A stretch of 64,000 nt of DNA from Oscillospiraceae bacterium (lineage in GTDB: Bacteria; Bacillota; Clostridia; Oscillospirales; Oscillospiraceae): NCBI GenBank assembly GCA_009778485.1, contig WRJQ01000002.1, positions 62 through 64,061 of the forward strand, in the 5' to 3' direction. Made by a program: the position numbers and the translations under genes. The notes beneath the pieces are model-generated. The model was not told where the DNA came from. It saw nothing but the letters and a program-made list of their open reading frames with translations, and ran no database searches. This document shows positions 53,887 to 62,063 of this stretch, in pieces (the first letter of the stretch is position 1; each line of letters begins with the position of its first letter).

Positions 53887-55233
53887 CTACTTAGAGGCAG
53901 CGTTGAGCTCGTCTATTGTTTTGAACTTGGTGTCGAACACTTTGCCGTACTCTGTTCCGTCTTCCCAGACGTTCATATAGTTCGCTTTCGTGAACAGCTC
54001 GTAATAGAGCGGCGTCTTCGTAGGCATGTTGTTCGCGTCATAGCCTTCTTCGAATATCGCGTGGATCAGTTCGAAAACGGCTTTCGTAATCGCGATAGGA
54101 TTGTTGTAGCCGGTCGACTCGAGCTTGCCATCGCGGACGAGCGCGAGCATGTCCATATCTGCGTCGCATCCTGTTACGACCTTGACATTCGCAAGCATGC
54201 CTCTTTGCTCGAGCACTTTGATTGCGCCGGCGCATTGATGGTCATTGCATCCGAACACCATTTGGACATCCGGGTGGGCAGTCAGTAGATCCTCGGCTGC
54301 GGCTTGGCCGCCAACGTCGTCAAAGTAGCCGTTTGCCATGCCTAGGACGTTGAGCCCATACTCCGGCAACTCAACTTTGCCGCTTCCCACCAGCGACTTA
54401 AACGCATTGAAACCTATGAGCATGGCGTCCTCGCGATAAGGTTTCGCAGTACCGTTTACCACTTGTTTGCCATAGACCCATCCGGCCAGGAAGCCGCATG
54501 TACGCGTATCCGCTATCGGATGGCCGGTCTGCCCGACTATGAAAACAGAGTCGATCGTCTCGTTCCACAGCTTGGCGGCGTTCAGGCCCGCCTGATAGGA
54601 TACTTCATAATAGTCCGCAGTTACTGCCGTGATCACAGGCACGTCGTCAGGCATCGGGTAGAGGCCGATAACGGGTATTCCCGCTGCAATGGCCTTTGCT
54701 ACGTCAATCGACTGCGCCTGGATATCGACAGGGTCGATTACCAGTATGTCGATCCCCATGGTGATCATGTTCTCCACGTCTGCGGTCTGCTTCGCGACAT
54801 CCCAGGCAATTGCGTCGGTGAAGGTAAGCTTGTAGCCATACTGCTCGGCATACATTTCCGCGCCCTGGAATATCCCGGCAAACCACGCGCTGACCATTGC
54901 GGCGTTCGACCAACCGACGTGCACGTCGCTTTTTTGATCTACCGGCAGCGCCTTGTTCTGGGCTGAGCGGTCCTTGAGGAAGGGAGGCGTTACGCCCATA
55001 AGCGCGTTATCGCCAAGATGCTTGTAGATTTCGTGGTTGGCGAGTTCTTCCGGGCTCAGCGCTCCGCCTGAATCGCTTGCGCTGCTGGTTGCGCTTGCCG
55101 ACGGTGAATCGCTTCCGCTAGGGTCGCCGGTCTTGGGTTCGTCTTTATTGCACGCGCCAAGACCAAGGCACAGTACAATCGCAAGGGCAAGGATGATCGC
55201 TGTAAATTTCCTGTTTCTCATATTTTCCTCCAA
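53887..55233 (-). CDS. Sugar ABC substrate-binding lipoprotein (periplasmic-binding-protein type I fold)
   Basis: Lipobox LGLGAC, a Ser-rich linker, and a Peripla_BP-like body. 448 aa. Confidence 0.65.
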   Translation of the reverse strand: MEENMRNRKFTAIILALAIVLCLGLGACNKDEPKTGDPSGSDSPSASATSSASDSGGALSPEELANHEIYKHLGDNALMGVTPPFLKDRSAQNKALPVDQKSDVHVGWSNAAMVSAWFAGIFQGAEMYAEQYGYKLTFTDAIAWDVAKQTADVENMITMGIDILVIDPVDIQAQSIDVAKAIAAGIPVIGLYPMPDDVPVITAVTADYYEVSYQAGLNAAKLWNETIDSVFIVGQTGHPIADTRTCGFLAGWVYGKQVVNGTAKPYREDAMLIGFNAFKSLVGSGKVELPEYGLNVLGMANGYFDDVGGQAAAEDLLTAHPDVQMVFGCNDHQCAGAIKVLEQRGMLANVKVVTGCDADMDMLALVRDGKLESTGYNNPIAITKAVFELIHAIFEEGYDANNMPTKTPLYYELFTKANYMNVWEDGTEYGKVFDTKFKTIDELNAASK

Positions 55234-55243
55234 AAAAATAATT

Positions 55244-56149
55244 TTAGTCCTTGTAGAACTTCGCGTCGTACTCGCTGCGTGTCATATCCGCCTCAAAGAA
55301 CAGCGCAAGCGTGCCGGGGCCGACGTGAGCGCCGATTACCGGGCCCATCATCAAGATGTGAAGCTCGCGAACCTCGACTGACGAGCGGACGATTTCGGCC
55401 AGAGCCTCCGCGTCCTCAAGGCAGTCCGTATGGCTTATCAGCACCGTATCGAGACTTTGCCCCGGGTTCAGGCTGCGCATCATCTGACCCACGAGCTCCT
55501 TGATAGCCCCCTTGCGACCGCGCACTTTGTCCTTCAGCTTGAGCGTTCCGTCCGGAGCGACGTTCAAAAGCGGCTTCACGCCGATAATCGAACCGGCTAT
55601 GGCGGAGAGTTTACTCAGCCTGCCGCCTCTGTACAGGTACATCAGGTCGTTGACCGTGAAGAGCGAAAGGCAGCTCTGTTTCTTCTCTTCCAGCCAGTCT
55701 GCGGCTTCGTCGAGCGGCACGCCTTCGCCGCGCTTCTTTACTGCCAGCACGGTAACAAGCCCGGAACCGCCTGCGGCAGTCGAGCAGTCCACTATGCGGA
55801 TTTCGCAATCCGGGTAGTCGCCGCGGACGTCGTCGAGGGCGATGACGGAGTTCTGATATGTTCCGGACAGGCCGCTGCTAAGCGTCAGTAGCAGCAGCGG
55901 TTCTTTCTTTTCCGCGTAGCTCTTAAAAACGTCCACGTATGATTCCGGGTTGATTAGGGCGGTCCCGGCGACTCCGCCGTTGCGCAGGGCGTCATAGAAC
56001 TCTTTGGCCGTGATCTTTTGAAAATTCCCCTCGCTGTGCTGCGTCCCGTCAAGGTTGAACGGTACGGGTATTACGCTAAGGTCGTGTTCTTCGATATATC
56101 CTTCCGGCAGGTCGGCGTTCGTGTCGATCAGAATTGAGAATGCGTTCAT
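55244..56149 (-). CDS. DegV family (fatty-acid-binding) protein
   Basis: 301 aa: ILIDTNADLP...IPVPF, LSSGLSGTYQ, and HVGPGTLALFF near the C-terminus. Confidence 0.8.
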   Translation of the reverse strand: MNAFSILIDTNADLPEGYIEEHDLSVIPVPFNLDGTQHSEGNFQKITAKEFYDALRNGGVAGTALINPESYVDVFKSYAEKKEPLLLLTLSSGLSGTYQNSVIALDDVRGDYPDCEIRIVDCSTAAGGSGLVTVLAVKKRGEGVPLDEAADWLEEKKQSCLSLFTVNDLMYLYRGGRLSKLSAIAGSIIGVKPLLNVAPDGTLKLKDKVRGRKGAIKELVGQMMRSLNPGQSLDTVLISHTDCLEDAEALAEIVRSSVEVRELHILMMGPVIGAHVGPGTLALFFEADMTRSEYDAKFYKD

Positions 56150-56269
56150 AAGTTTCTTTACCTTTCTTTCGCTCGCAAAGAGCGATCTGCTGAACCGCCG
56201 TCATTATCGCACTTATTGCGCCGAATTACAAGAACAAAAAACATACCGGGAAACCATGCCGCGCAGCTC

Positions 56270-59200
56270 CTACTCCCTTGCGCGAAGGAGACCCAGCGTG
56301 TCGCGCCTGATTATCGCAAGCGAGCATACGACGGCCGAAACCGCGACTGCGGTAAAGTATACTGCGGGGTACAGGTAAAAACCTCTCGGCGCCGCAGACG
56401 CCGCCCTCCCGCCAATAGCCGCAAAGACGCAACCAGTAACCAGCAGCCCGGCGGCGCATAAGAAAGCGTATTCCAGGGATAAGAGCGCCCCTGTCGCAGC
56501 GCGCGCAGTACCGAGAGCCCGCATCGTCGCGGCTTCCTTTGATGAGGATAATACGGACAGGCAGCAGAAGAACACGCCCAGGCAAATTGCTGCAGCAGTC
56601 ACAATAGGCTCGAGGGTCTCAAGGAGGTTTCGCGTGTTGATGAGGTTTTCCAGTTTGCTCGTGTCCATGATGAGCGAAACCCTCCCCGCTGAGATCCCCC
56701 TGACGCCCAGTTTGCTGAACTCCCGGAACTCCTCGGTCAGCATATTGTCGTTGAGCGTGTACTCAGCCGCGTTGAGCAGGCTCTGCGCCGGGACGAGCGC
56801 TGCTGTGTCCAGCTTGCCGGGAGTAAAAGCGCTGCCGTCGAACCTGCCTGACGGCGAGGTAGCGACCCCGGCTACGAAAAACCTGTCCGCCTGACGCTCG
56901 ACCGACCTTGCTATGTCGGCCAGAGCACGGTCTGTCCAGTCGACCTCGGGGTAGGCGGCGTACATCATCGTATATGTGTTAATCGTGTATGCGGTAGAAC
57001 GCGCTTCGAGCCCCATAGGAGTTATCCTTACGTAGTCGCCCGGCGCAAGCCCCAGTAGCTCAGCCAGGTCTTTGCCTATTACCGCGACGCCGTCAAGCTC
57101 GTCGAAGCAGGAGCTGTCAAAGCCGTCGGCATAGGTGACTGCGACCTCTTCTTCAGCGAAGCGGGAGATGTTGTTCGTGACAATCATCTCTGAGGCGATG
57201 CTGTTGAGATCGACGCTTGTGGTTACATTGTAATATGGGTCGCGCACATATCCGGACTCCATTAGCATTGGCAGTATGCTAAGCCTCGCGCCCCCTACGA
57301 AACTAGCCGTTATGACGGTGTTCTCGATCAAGTCGTCATATGAGCGGCGCATGATAGTGATTTGGCCTGTCACGGCGAACAGTACGGCTGCGAGCAGCGC
57401 GGTCAGCGCCGATTTTCTTGCGGCTCGTCGTATATGCCGCGCAGAGTAGCGCAGTATGAAGCCAAAGGAGGCGTGGGCCTTCGTAGGTTTGAAGGTCAGT
57501 TGGCTGCGCGGAAGCTTGGTGCGGTCACCTGCTGCGCTGCGTGCTGTGGCAGCCGCCACACCTGCTCCCCCCGCAGCCCCGGCGCCGGGCCGCGCCTTTT
57601 TACTCAATCCGCCGTGCAGAAGCGCGAGCGGCGCCATCTTTCCGATGCGCGCAAGCAGTATGCGCGCTATCAGCAAAGTAACCAGCAGCGCGCTCGCCGC
57701 GCAGTAGAACGCTATTGCGAGCGGACGCGCAGCGCCGGAAGCGGTAGCTGCGCCCACGGCGGCCACGTCTCCGGCAGAGACTCCGGTACCCGAATCAGTA
57801 GCTGCGCCCGAGAAACCTAAACCCTGGGCAGCGTAAAGCCACCCTGCGCAGACGCCCGCGAGCGCAGCCCCGGCAGTTATCACCGCGAGCGGAAACAGCA
57901 GGGCGGCGGAAGACGTCCTGACAGTCGTGCCGAGCGCGCGCATCACAGCGAACTCGGACTTCTTGCGCATTATGAACAAGTAAGCGGCGAAGCCGGCCGA
58001 GAATGCAATAGCAGCCGCGAAAGCAACGATCTTTATTATTGCCAGCCTCGCGGACTCCTTAAACTCCTGTGCGATTTTCTGCCATCCGTTGTCGCTAAAA
58101 ACAAGGGAGAGGCCCATGCTTGCCAGTGCAGGCTCCGCTTCTGCGATGAATGCGGGTATGTCCAGAGCGTCTGCAATAACGAAGCTGAACTCCGCAGGTG
58201 TGAATAAATGGCCGGAGAGTCCACCGCTCTGTGCAGCATAGAGCGAACCGGGGATGAAAATGGTGTTTGTGGAGTAGCTATGGTTGGGCTCGAGGGCACG
58301 TTTGTTGCGCTCGCCTGTATAGGCATAGACGCCGACGATTTCATAATCTGCCGCTTCTCCGGGCGCGCTGTAGCGCGGTGGGATCACAGCGAGAGCGCCA
58401 AGCCCATAGTACTGCTCGAACAGCGCGCTGCAGAGCGCCAGATTAATTGAGTCCCCCACGCCTACGCCAAAGCTTTTCGCGAAATCATCGCTGACAACGC
58501 ACACGTGAGCGGCCGCGCTATCATCGCCCGGGGTAAGCAGGCGCCCCTCGCGCAGACCCATATCTCCGTTGCAAAAACTCATTATTGAACCCATATCAGT
58601 TGTGTACACGACATCAAAGCTGCGAAGGTCGTTTTCGATTATCTGTATCAAGGTTCGCAATGGCTCATATACGTCATCCGCAAGGTAATCGCCGGCAAAG
58701 CCATCTACTCGCGTTATGAGGCCGCACCAGGGTTCTGCGGGGTCGCCGGCCAGCGAGGCTGTTTTGCTGCTGTTGAAGCTGCGCCTTTCCGCTTGCACGA
58801 CGAAAGCGTATCGTCCGCCGACTGCTAATTCGGTCCGCATGAACTCATTGTCGTACGTCAGTGACTGCCTTCCCCCGGAGTCGCCCCCGGGACCGCCCGA
58901 GCCGGGACCGCCCGCGCCGAAGCCACCGCCCCCGAAGCCGCCCCCGGGATAGTAGCGAATGCTGACTCGCCCTATCTCGGCAGGCCTGAAAAGGTCGCCC
59001 GCCAGGACAGCGCAGTCCTCCAGCATAAGTAGCGATGCATCGGTATTGACTTCACCCAGAGTCCCCTCGATGACGCAGCGCTGCGAGTAGCCGGGAACCC
59101 TGTTGCCCTCGCCGAGGCGCAGGTACTTGTCGGAGATTCCGGCAGTCATAAGCCTCGCGTCGGTATATGTCACGTAAGGCAGCGCTGAGATAGCGTTTAT

Positions 59201-59470
59201 CTGCTCCCGGGTGAGCGGCGTGTAACTATGGGTATAACTATCATTGCCCGGGGTGTAAGAAAACAGCGGGTTCAAGCCCCCGGGAGGCTCGCTCTCCGCC
59301 GTTCCTATGCCGCGATAGCGTGCGGCGGCCGCTTCCATCTCCCTGACTGAAAGCGCGTGCTCTGCCGCCTGCGTAAATAAACCAAACACCAGGACGCCCA
59401 TTAAAACGAAAGTCAAAAGGGTCCTGGCGGGTGAGCGATATAGAGTTTTAATAGCAATTGCAGGGCGCAT
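56270..59470 (-). CDS. Large ABC-type permease with two FtsX-like modules (MacB/YbbP-like)
   Basis: 1066 aa with an N-terminal TM (ARTLLTFVLMGVLVFGLF) and two large extracytoplasmic regions, each followed by a 3-TM cluster. It contains a Gly-rich tract GGGFGGGGFGAGGPGSGGPGG. Confidence 0.65.
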   Translation of the reverse strand: MRPAIAIKTLYRSPARTLLTFVLMGVLVFGLFTQAAEHALSVREMEAAAARYRGIGTAESEPPGGLNPLFSYTPGNDSYTHSYTPLTREQINAISALPYVTYTDARLMTAGISDKYLRLGEGNRVPGYSQRCVIEGTLGEVNTDASLLMLEDCAVLAGDLFRPAEIGRVSIRYYPGGGFGGGGFGAGGPGSGGPGGDSGGRQSLTYDNEFMRTELAVGGRYAFVVQAERRSFNSSKTASLAGDPAEPWCGLITRVDGFAGDYLADDVYEPLRTLIQIIENDLRSFDVVYTTDMGSIMSFCNGDMGLREGRLLTPGDDSAAAHVCVVSDDFAKSFGVGVGDSINLALCSALFEQYYGLGALAVIPPRYSAPGEAADYEIVGVYAYTGERNKRALEPNHSYSTNTIFIPGSLYAAQSGGLSGHLFTPAEFSFVIADALDIPAFIAEAEPALASMGLSLVFSDNGWQKIAQEFKESARLAIIKIVAFAAAIAFSAGFAAYLFIMRKKSEFAVMRALGTTVRTSSAALLFPLAVITAGAALAGVCAGWLYAAQGLGFSGAATDSGTGVSAGDVAAVGAATASGAARPLAIAFYCAASALLVTLLIARILLARIGKMAPLALLHGGLSKKARPGAGAAGGAGVAAATARSAAGDRTKLPRSQLTFKPTKAHASFGFILRYSARHIRRAARKSALTALLAAVLFAVTGQITIMRRSYDDLIENTVITASFVGGARLSILPMLMESGYVRDPYYNVTTSVDLNSIASEMIVTNNISRFAEEEVAVTYADGFDSSCFDELDGVAVIGKDLAELLGLAPGDYVRITPMGLEARSTAYTINTYTMMYAAYPEVDWTDRALADIARSVERQADRFFVAGVATSPSGRFDGSAFTPGKLDTAALVPAQSLLNAAEYTLNDNMLTEEFREFSKLGVRGISAGRVSLIMDTSKLENLINTRNLLETLEPIVTAAAICLGVFFCCLSVLSSSKEAATMRALGTARAATGALLSLEYAFLCAAGLLVTGCVFAAIGGRAASAAPRGFYLYPAVYFTAVAVSAVVCSLAIIRRDTLGLLRARE

Positions 59471-59519
59471 ATCAAAACATCCGCTGAGACGTTACTAGGG
59501 TACTGGATGCCACAGGCCA

Positions 59520-61268
59520 CTATCTCTTCTCAGCAATCTCTTCCTTTAGCATCGCGATGAAATCATCAAGGGAAGCCCCGCCGACGTCGCCTTCAGAGCG
59601 CTTGCGAACCGTCACAAGGCCGCTCTCGGTTTCTTTATCCCCGAGCACAAGCATATACGGCGTTTTATGGAGCTGCGCGTCACGGATCTTATGGCCAATC
59701 TTCTCGCTGCGGAAATCGCACTCGACGCGAAGCCCCGCGCCCGTGAGGCTGTCCGCAACAGACTGCGCGTAGTCCTGCGCGCGGTCCGTGATAGGCATGA
59801 CGACGACCTGCACAGGGGCGAGCCATAACGGGAAAGCTCCCGCGTAATGCTCAGTCAGTATAGCGATAAAGCGCTCGAGCGAACCCAGGACAGTGCGATG
59901 GATCATAACAGGGCGGTGCTTATCCCCGTCCGGGCCTGTATACTCCAGCTCAAAACGCTCAGGCATCTGGAAGTCGAGTTGCAGCGTCGCGCATTGCCAC
60001 GACCTACCAAGGCAGTCCATGAGGTGAAAGTCGATCTTCGGCCCGTAAAACGCGCCGTCGCCGGCGTTGATCCTGTAGTCTATCCCCTTGGCGATAAGGG
60101 CGTCCTCCAATATCTTCTCCGCCATGTCCCAGGTCTCGACCTCGCCCATGAAGCTCTCCGGCCGCGTGGACAGCTCGACGCGGTACTCGAAGCCGAACAC
60201 TTTATAAATCTTATCGACAAGCTCGATTACGCCTGTGATCTCTGCCGGGACTTGCTCCGGCGTCATATACAGGTGCGCGTCGTCCTGCGTGAAACAGCGC
60301 ACGCGCATCAAGCCGTGGAGCGCTCCGGAAAGTTCGTGCCTGTGGACGACGCCGAGCTCCGCCATCCGCGACGGCAGGTCGCGGTAACTCCACATGCGCC
60401 GTTTATACGTGAGCATGCCGCCGGGGCAGTTCATGGGCTTTATCGAGTAATCGGCATCGTCAATCTTTGTGAAGTACATATTGTCTTTGTAGTGGTCCCA
60501 GTGGCCGGAACGGTGCCAAAGCTCCTCGTTGAGTATCAGCGGAGTCGCGATTTCGTCATACCCGGCCCGCTTGTGCTCTTCGCGCCAGAATGACAGCAGT
60601 TCGTTGCGCAAAACCATGCCCTTTGGGAAAAAGAACGGGAAGCCGGGGCCTTCATCGTAAAGCGCGAACAAGTCGAGTTCGCGGCCGAGTTTTCTATGGT
60701 CGCGCAGCTTCGCTTCTTCGAGCTTCTGCAGGTATGAGTCCAGGTCATCCTTGCTCATGAAGCAGGTTCCGTAAATACGCTGGAGCATTTTGTTGTTTGA
60801 GTCGCCCCTCCAGTAAGCCCCGGTGCAGCTTGTGAGCTTCATGGCGTTGGCCTTGATCCTGCCTGTAGAGTCTACGTGCGGCCCGGCGCACAAGTCCGTG
60901 AACTCGCCCTGTTTGTAAAAGCTGATTACAGCGTCGTCCGGGAGGTCGCGTATGAGTTCCAGCTTGTATGGCTCGCCATGCTGCTGCATCAGCTTGAGAG
61001 CTTCTTCCCTGGGGAGTTCAAAGCGTTCGAGCGGCAGTTTTTCCTTGCATATCTCACGCATGCCGGTTTCGATAGCTTCAAGGACGTCCTGCGTGAAAGG
61101 CACGGCGGAATCGAAGTCGTAATAGAACCCATCCGCAATCGCAGGGCCTATGGCAAGCTTGGTTTCCGGGTAGAGGCGCTTGACGGCCTGGGCCAGGATA
61201 TGCGAAGCCGTGTGGCGGTATGTGTCCCTGTACTCTTCATTATCGAATGTATATTTGTTATCCGGCAT
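59520..61268 (-). CDS. thrS: Threonine--tRNA ligase (short form without the N-terminal TGS domain)
   Basis: 582 aa. It starts at the editing/SAD domain (HTASHILAQAVKRLYP...GFYYDFD), followed by the class II core and the anticodon-binding domain. Confidence 0.9.
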   Translation of the reverse strand: MPDNKYTFDNEEYRDTYRHTASHILAQAVKRLYPETKLAIGPAIADGFYYDFDSAVPFTQDVLEAIETGMREICKEKLPLERFELPREEALKLMQQHGEPYKLELIRDLPDDAVISFYKQGEFTDLCAGPHVDSTGRIKANAMKLTSCTGAYWRGDSNNKMLQRIYGTCFMSKDDLDSYLQKLEEAKLRDHRKLGRELDLFALYDEGPGFPFFFPKGMVLRNELLSFWREEHKRAGYDEIATPLILNEELWHRSGHWDHYKDNMYFTKIDDADYSIKPMNCPGGMLTYKRRMWSYRDLPSRMAELGVVHRHELSGALHGLMRVRCFTQDDAHLYMTPEQVPAEITGVIELVDKIYKVFGFEYRVELSTRPESFMGEVETWDMAEKILEDALIAKGIDYRINAGDGAFYGPKIDFHLMDCLGRSWQCATLQLDFQMPERFELEYTGPDGDKHRPVMIHRTVLGSLERFIAILTEHYAGAFPLWLAPVQVVVMPITDRAQDYAQSVADSLTGAGLRVECDFRSEKIGHKIRDAQLHKTPYMLVLGDKETESGLVTVRKRSEGDVGGASLDDFIAMLKEEIAEKR

Positions 61269-61302
61269 ACTTAAAATCCCCTTACGTCCTAATCTATCCG
61301 GG

Positions 61303-61332
61303 AGTATAGCACATTCGGCGGCAGTATGGCAA
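61303..61332 (-). promoter_or_regulatory. thrS promoter (extended -10)
   Basis: On the minus strand: TTGCCA (61332-61327), 18 nt, TGcTATACT (TATACT 61308-61303). This implies a 5' UTR of about 30 nt. Confidence 0.55.
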
Positions 61333-61371
61333 TATTTTTCCGGGCGGCATATTTTCAGCAGTTCGAACTGT

Positions 61372-61515
61372 TCAGGACCTTGCGCTCAAAAGACGTTTTT
61401 CTGCTTCCTTATCGCTCAGTGGCGCATCCATGCGCCAATTCGCGCGCTCCGGCGTCCATGCCTACGCTTGCGGAAGCAGAATAAACGTCTTCCTCACCGG
61501 TCCTGAGAGTGGACC
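61372..61515. other. About 144-nt imperfect inverted-repeat (rod-like) structured element
   Basis: Outer stem TCAGGACC/GGTCCTGA. Long stem 61388-61408 / 61472-61493 (about 20 bp with one bulge). Inner hairpin GGCGCAT-cc-ATGCGCC (61421-61436). Competing hairpin GGTCC-N7-GGACC (61499-61515). Confidence 0.5.
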
Positions 61516-61531
61516 TGAATATAAAAAACAC

Positions 61532-61560
61532 TTGACAAGCAGGGAGAAGCGCGTTATCAT
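61532..61560 (+). promoter_or_regulatory. Promoter of the arsR / ATPase operon, with overlapping inverted repeat
   Basis: TTGACA (61532-61537), 17 nt, TATCAT (61555-61560). TAAACA-N10-TGTTTA (61562-61583) follows immediately and is a candidate ArsR/SmtB operator. Confidence 0.6.
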
Positions 61561-61677
61561 ATAAACAGTTGCTTATATGTTTAATTCTCTTCGCGGCTGA
61601 TACCGCGAAGCACGGAGGTGAATCCCCGGTGCGCGCGAGGCTCGCCAACACTATTGAGCCTTGGAGCCGGGTGTCAA

Positions 61678-62049
61678 ATGGTTGTTGATAAAACGAATCC
61701 CGAACTGTGTGCCGTGACTGTCATTCACGAGGACGTGCTTAACAAGGTGCGCGCCGGTCTGACGGAGCAGAAGCACTTGCGGCGGATGGCGGAAATGTTC
61801 AAGGTTATGAACGACCCGACGCGTCTGAAGATAGTCAACGCGCTTCTCATCGCCGAGATGTGCGTCTGCGACATCGCGGCGCTCATGGGTATGACACAAC
61901 CGTCTATATCCCATCATTTGAAAGTCCTCAGACAGAGCGAGCTGATCAAGTACCGCCGCGAGGGAAAGGTCGTCTACTACTCGCTTGACGACGAGCATGT
62001 CGGCGTGTTGTTCCAAAACGCGCTGGAACACGCGTCGGAACCGGTATAG
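61678..62049 (+). CDS. ArsR/SmtB family metalloregulator (CadC-like)
   Basis: EMCVCDIAALMGMTQPSISHHLKVLRQSELIKYRREGKVVYY. ATG 61678 is preferred over the track start 61618. Confidence 0.85.
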   Translation: MVVDKTNPELCAVTVIHEDVLNKVRAGLTEQKHLRRMAEMFKVMNDPTRLKIVNALLIAEMCVCDIAALMGMTQPSISHHLKVLRQSELIKYRREGKVVYYSLDDEHVGVLFQNALEHASEPV

Positions 62050-62063
62050 GGGGAAGCGCAGGT

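Noticed and set aside
61269-61680. T-box riboswitch upstream of thrS.
   Set aside because: No T-box 14-mer (UGGUACCGCG-like), no specifier-loop context and no terminator/antiterminator pair were found on the minus strand. A proximal promoter implies a short UTR. This still needs a covariance-model scan.
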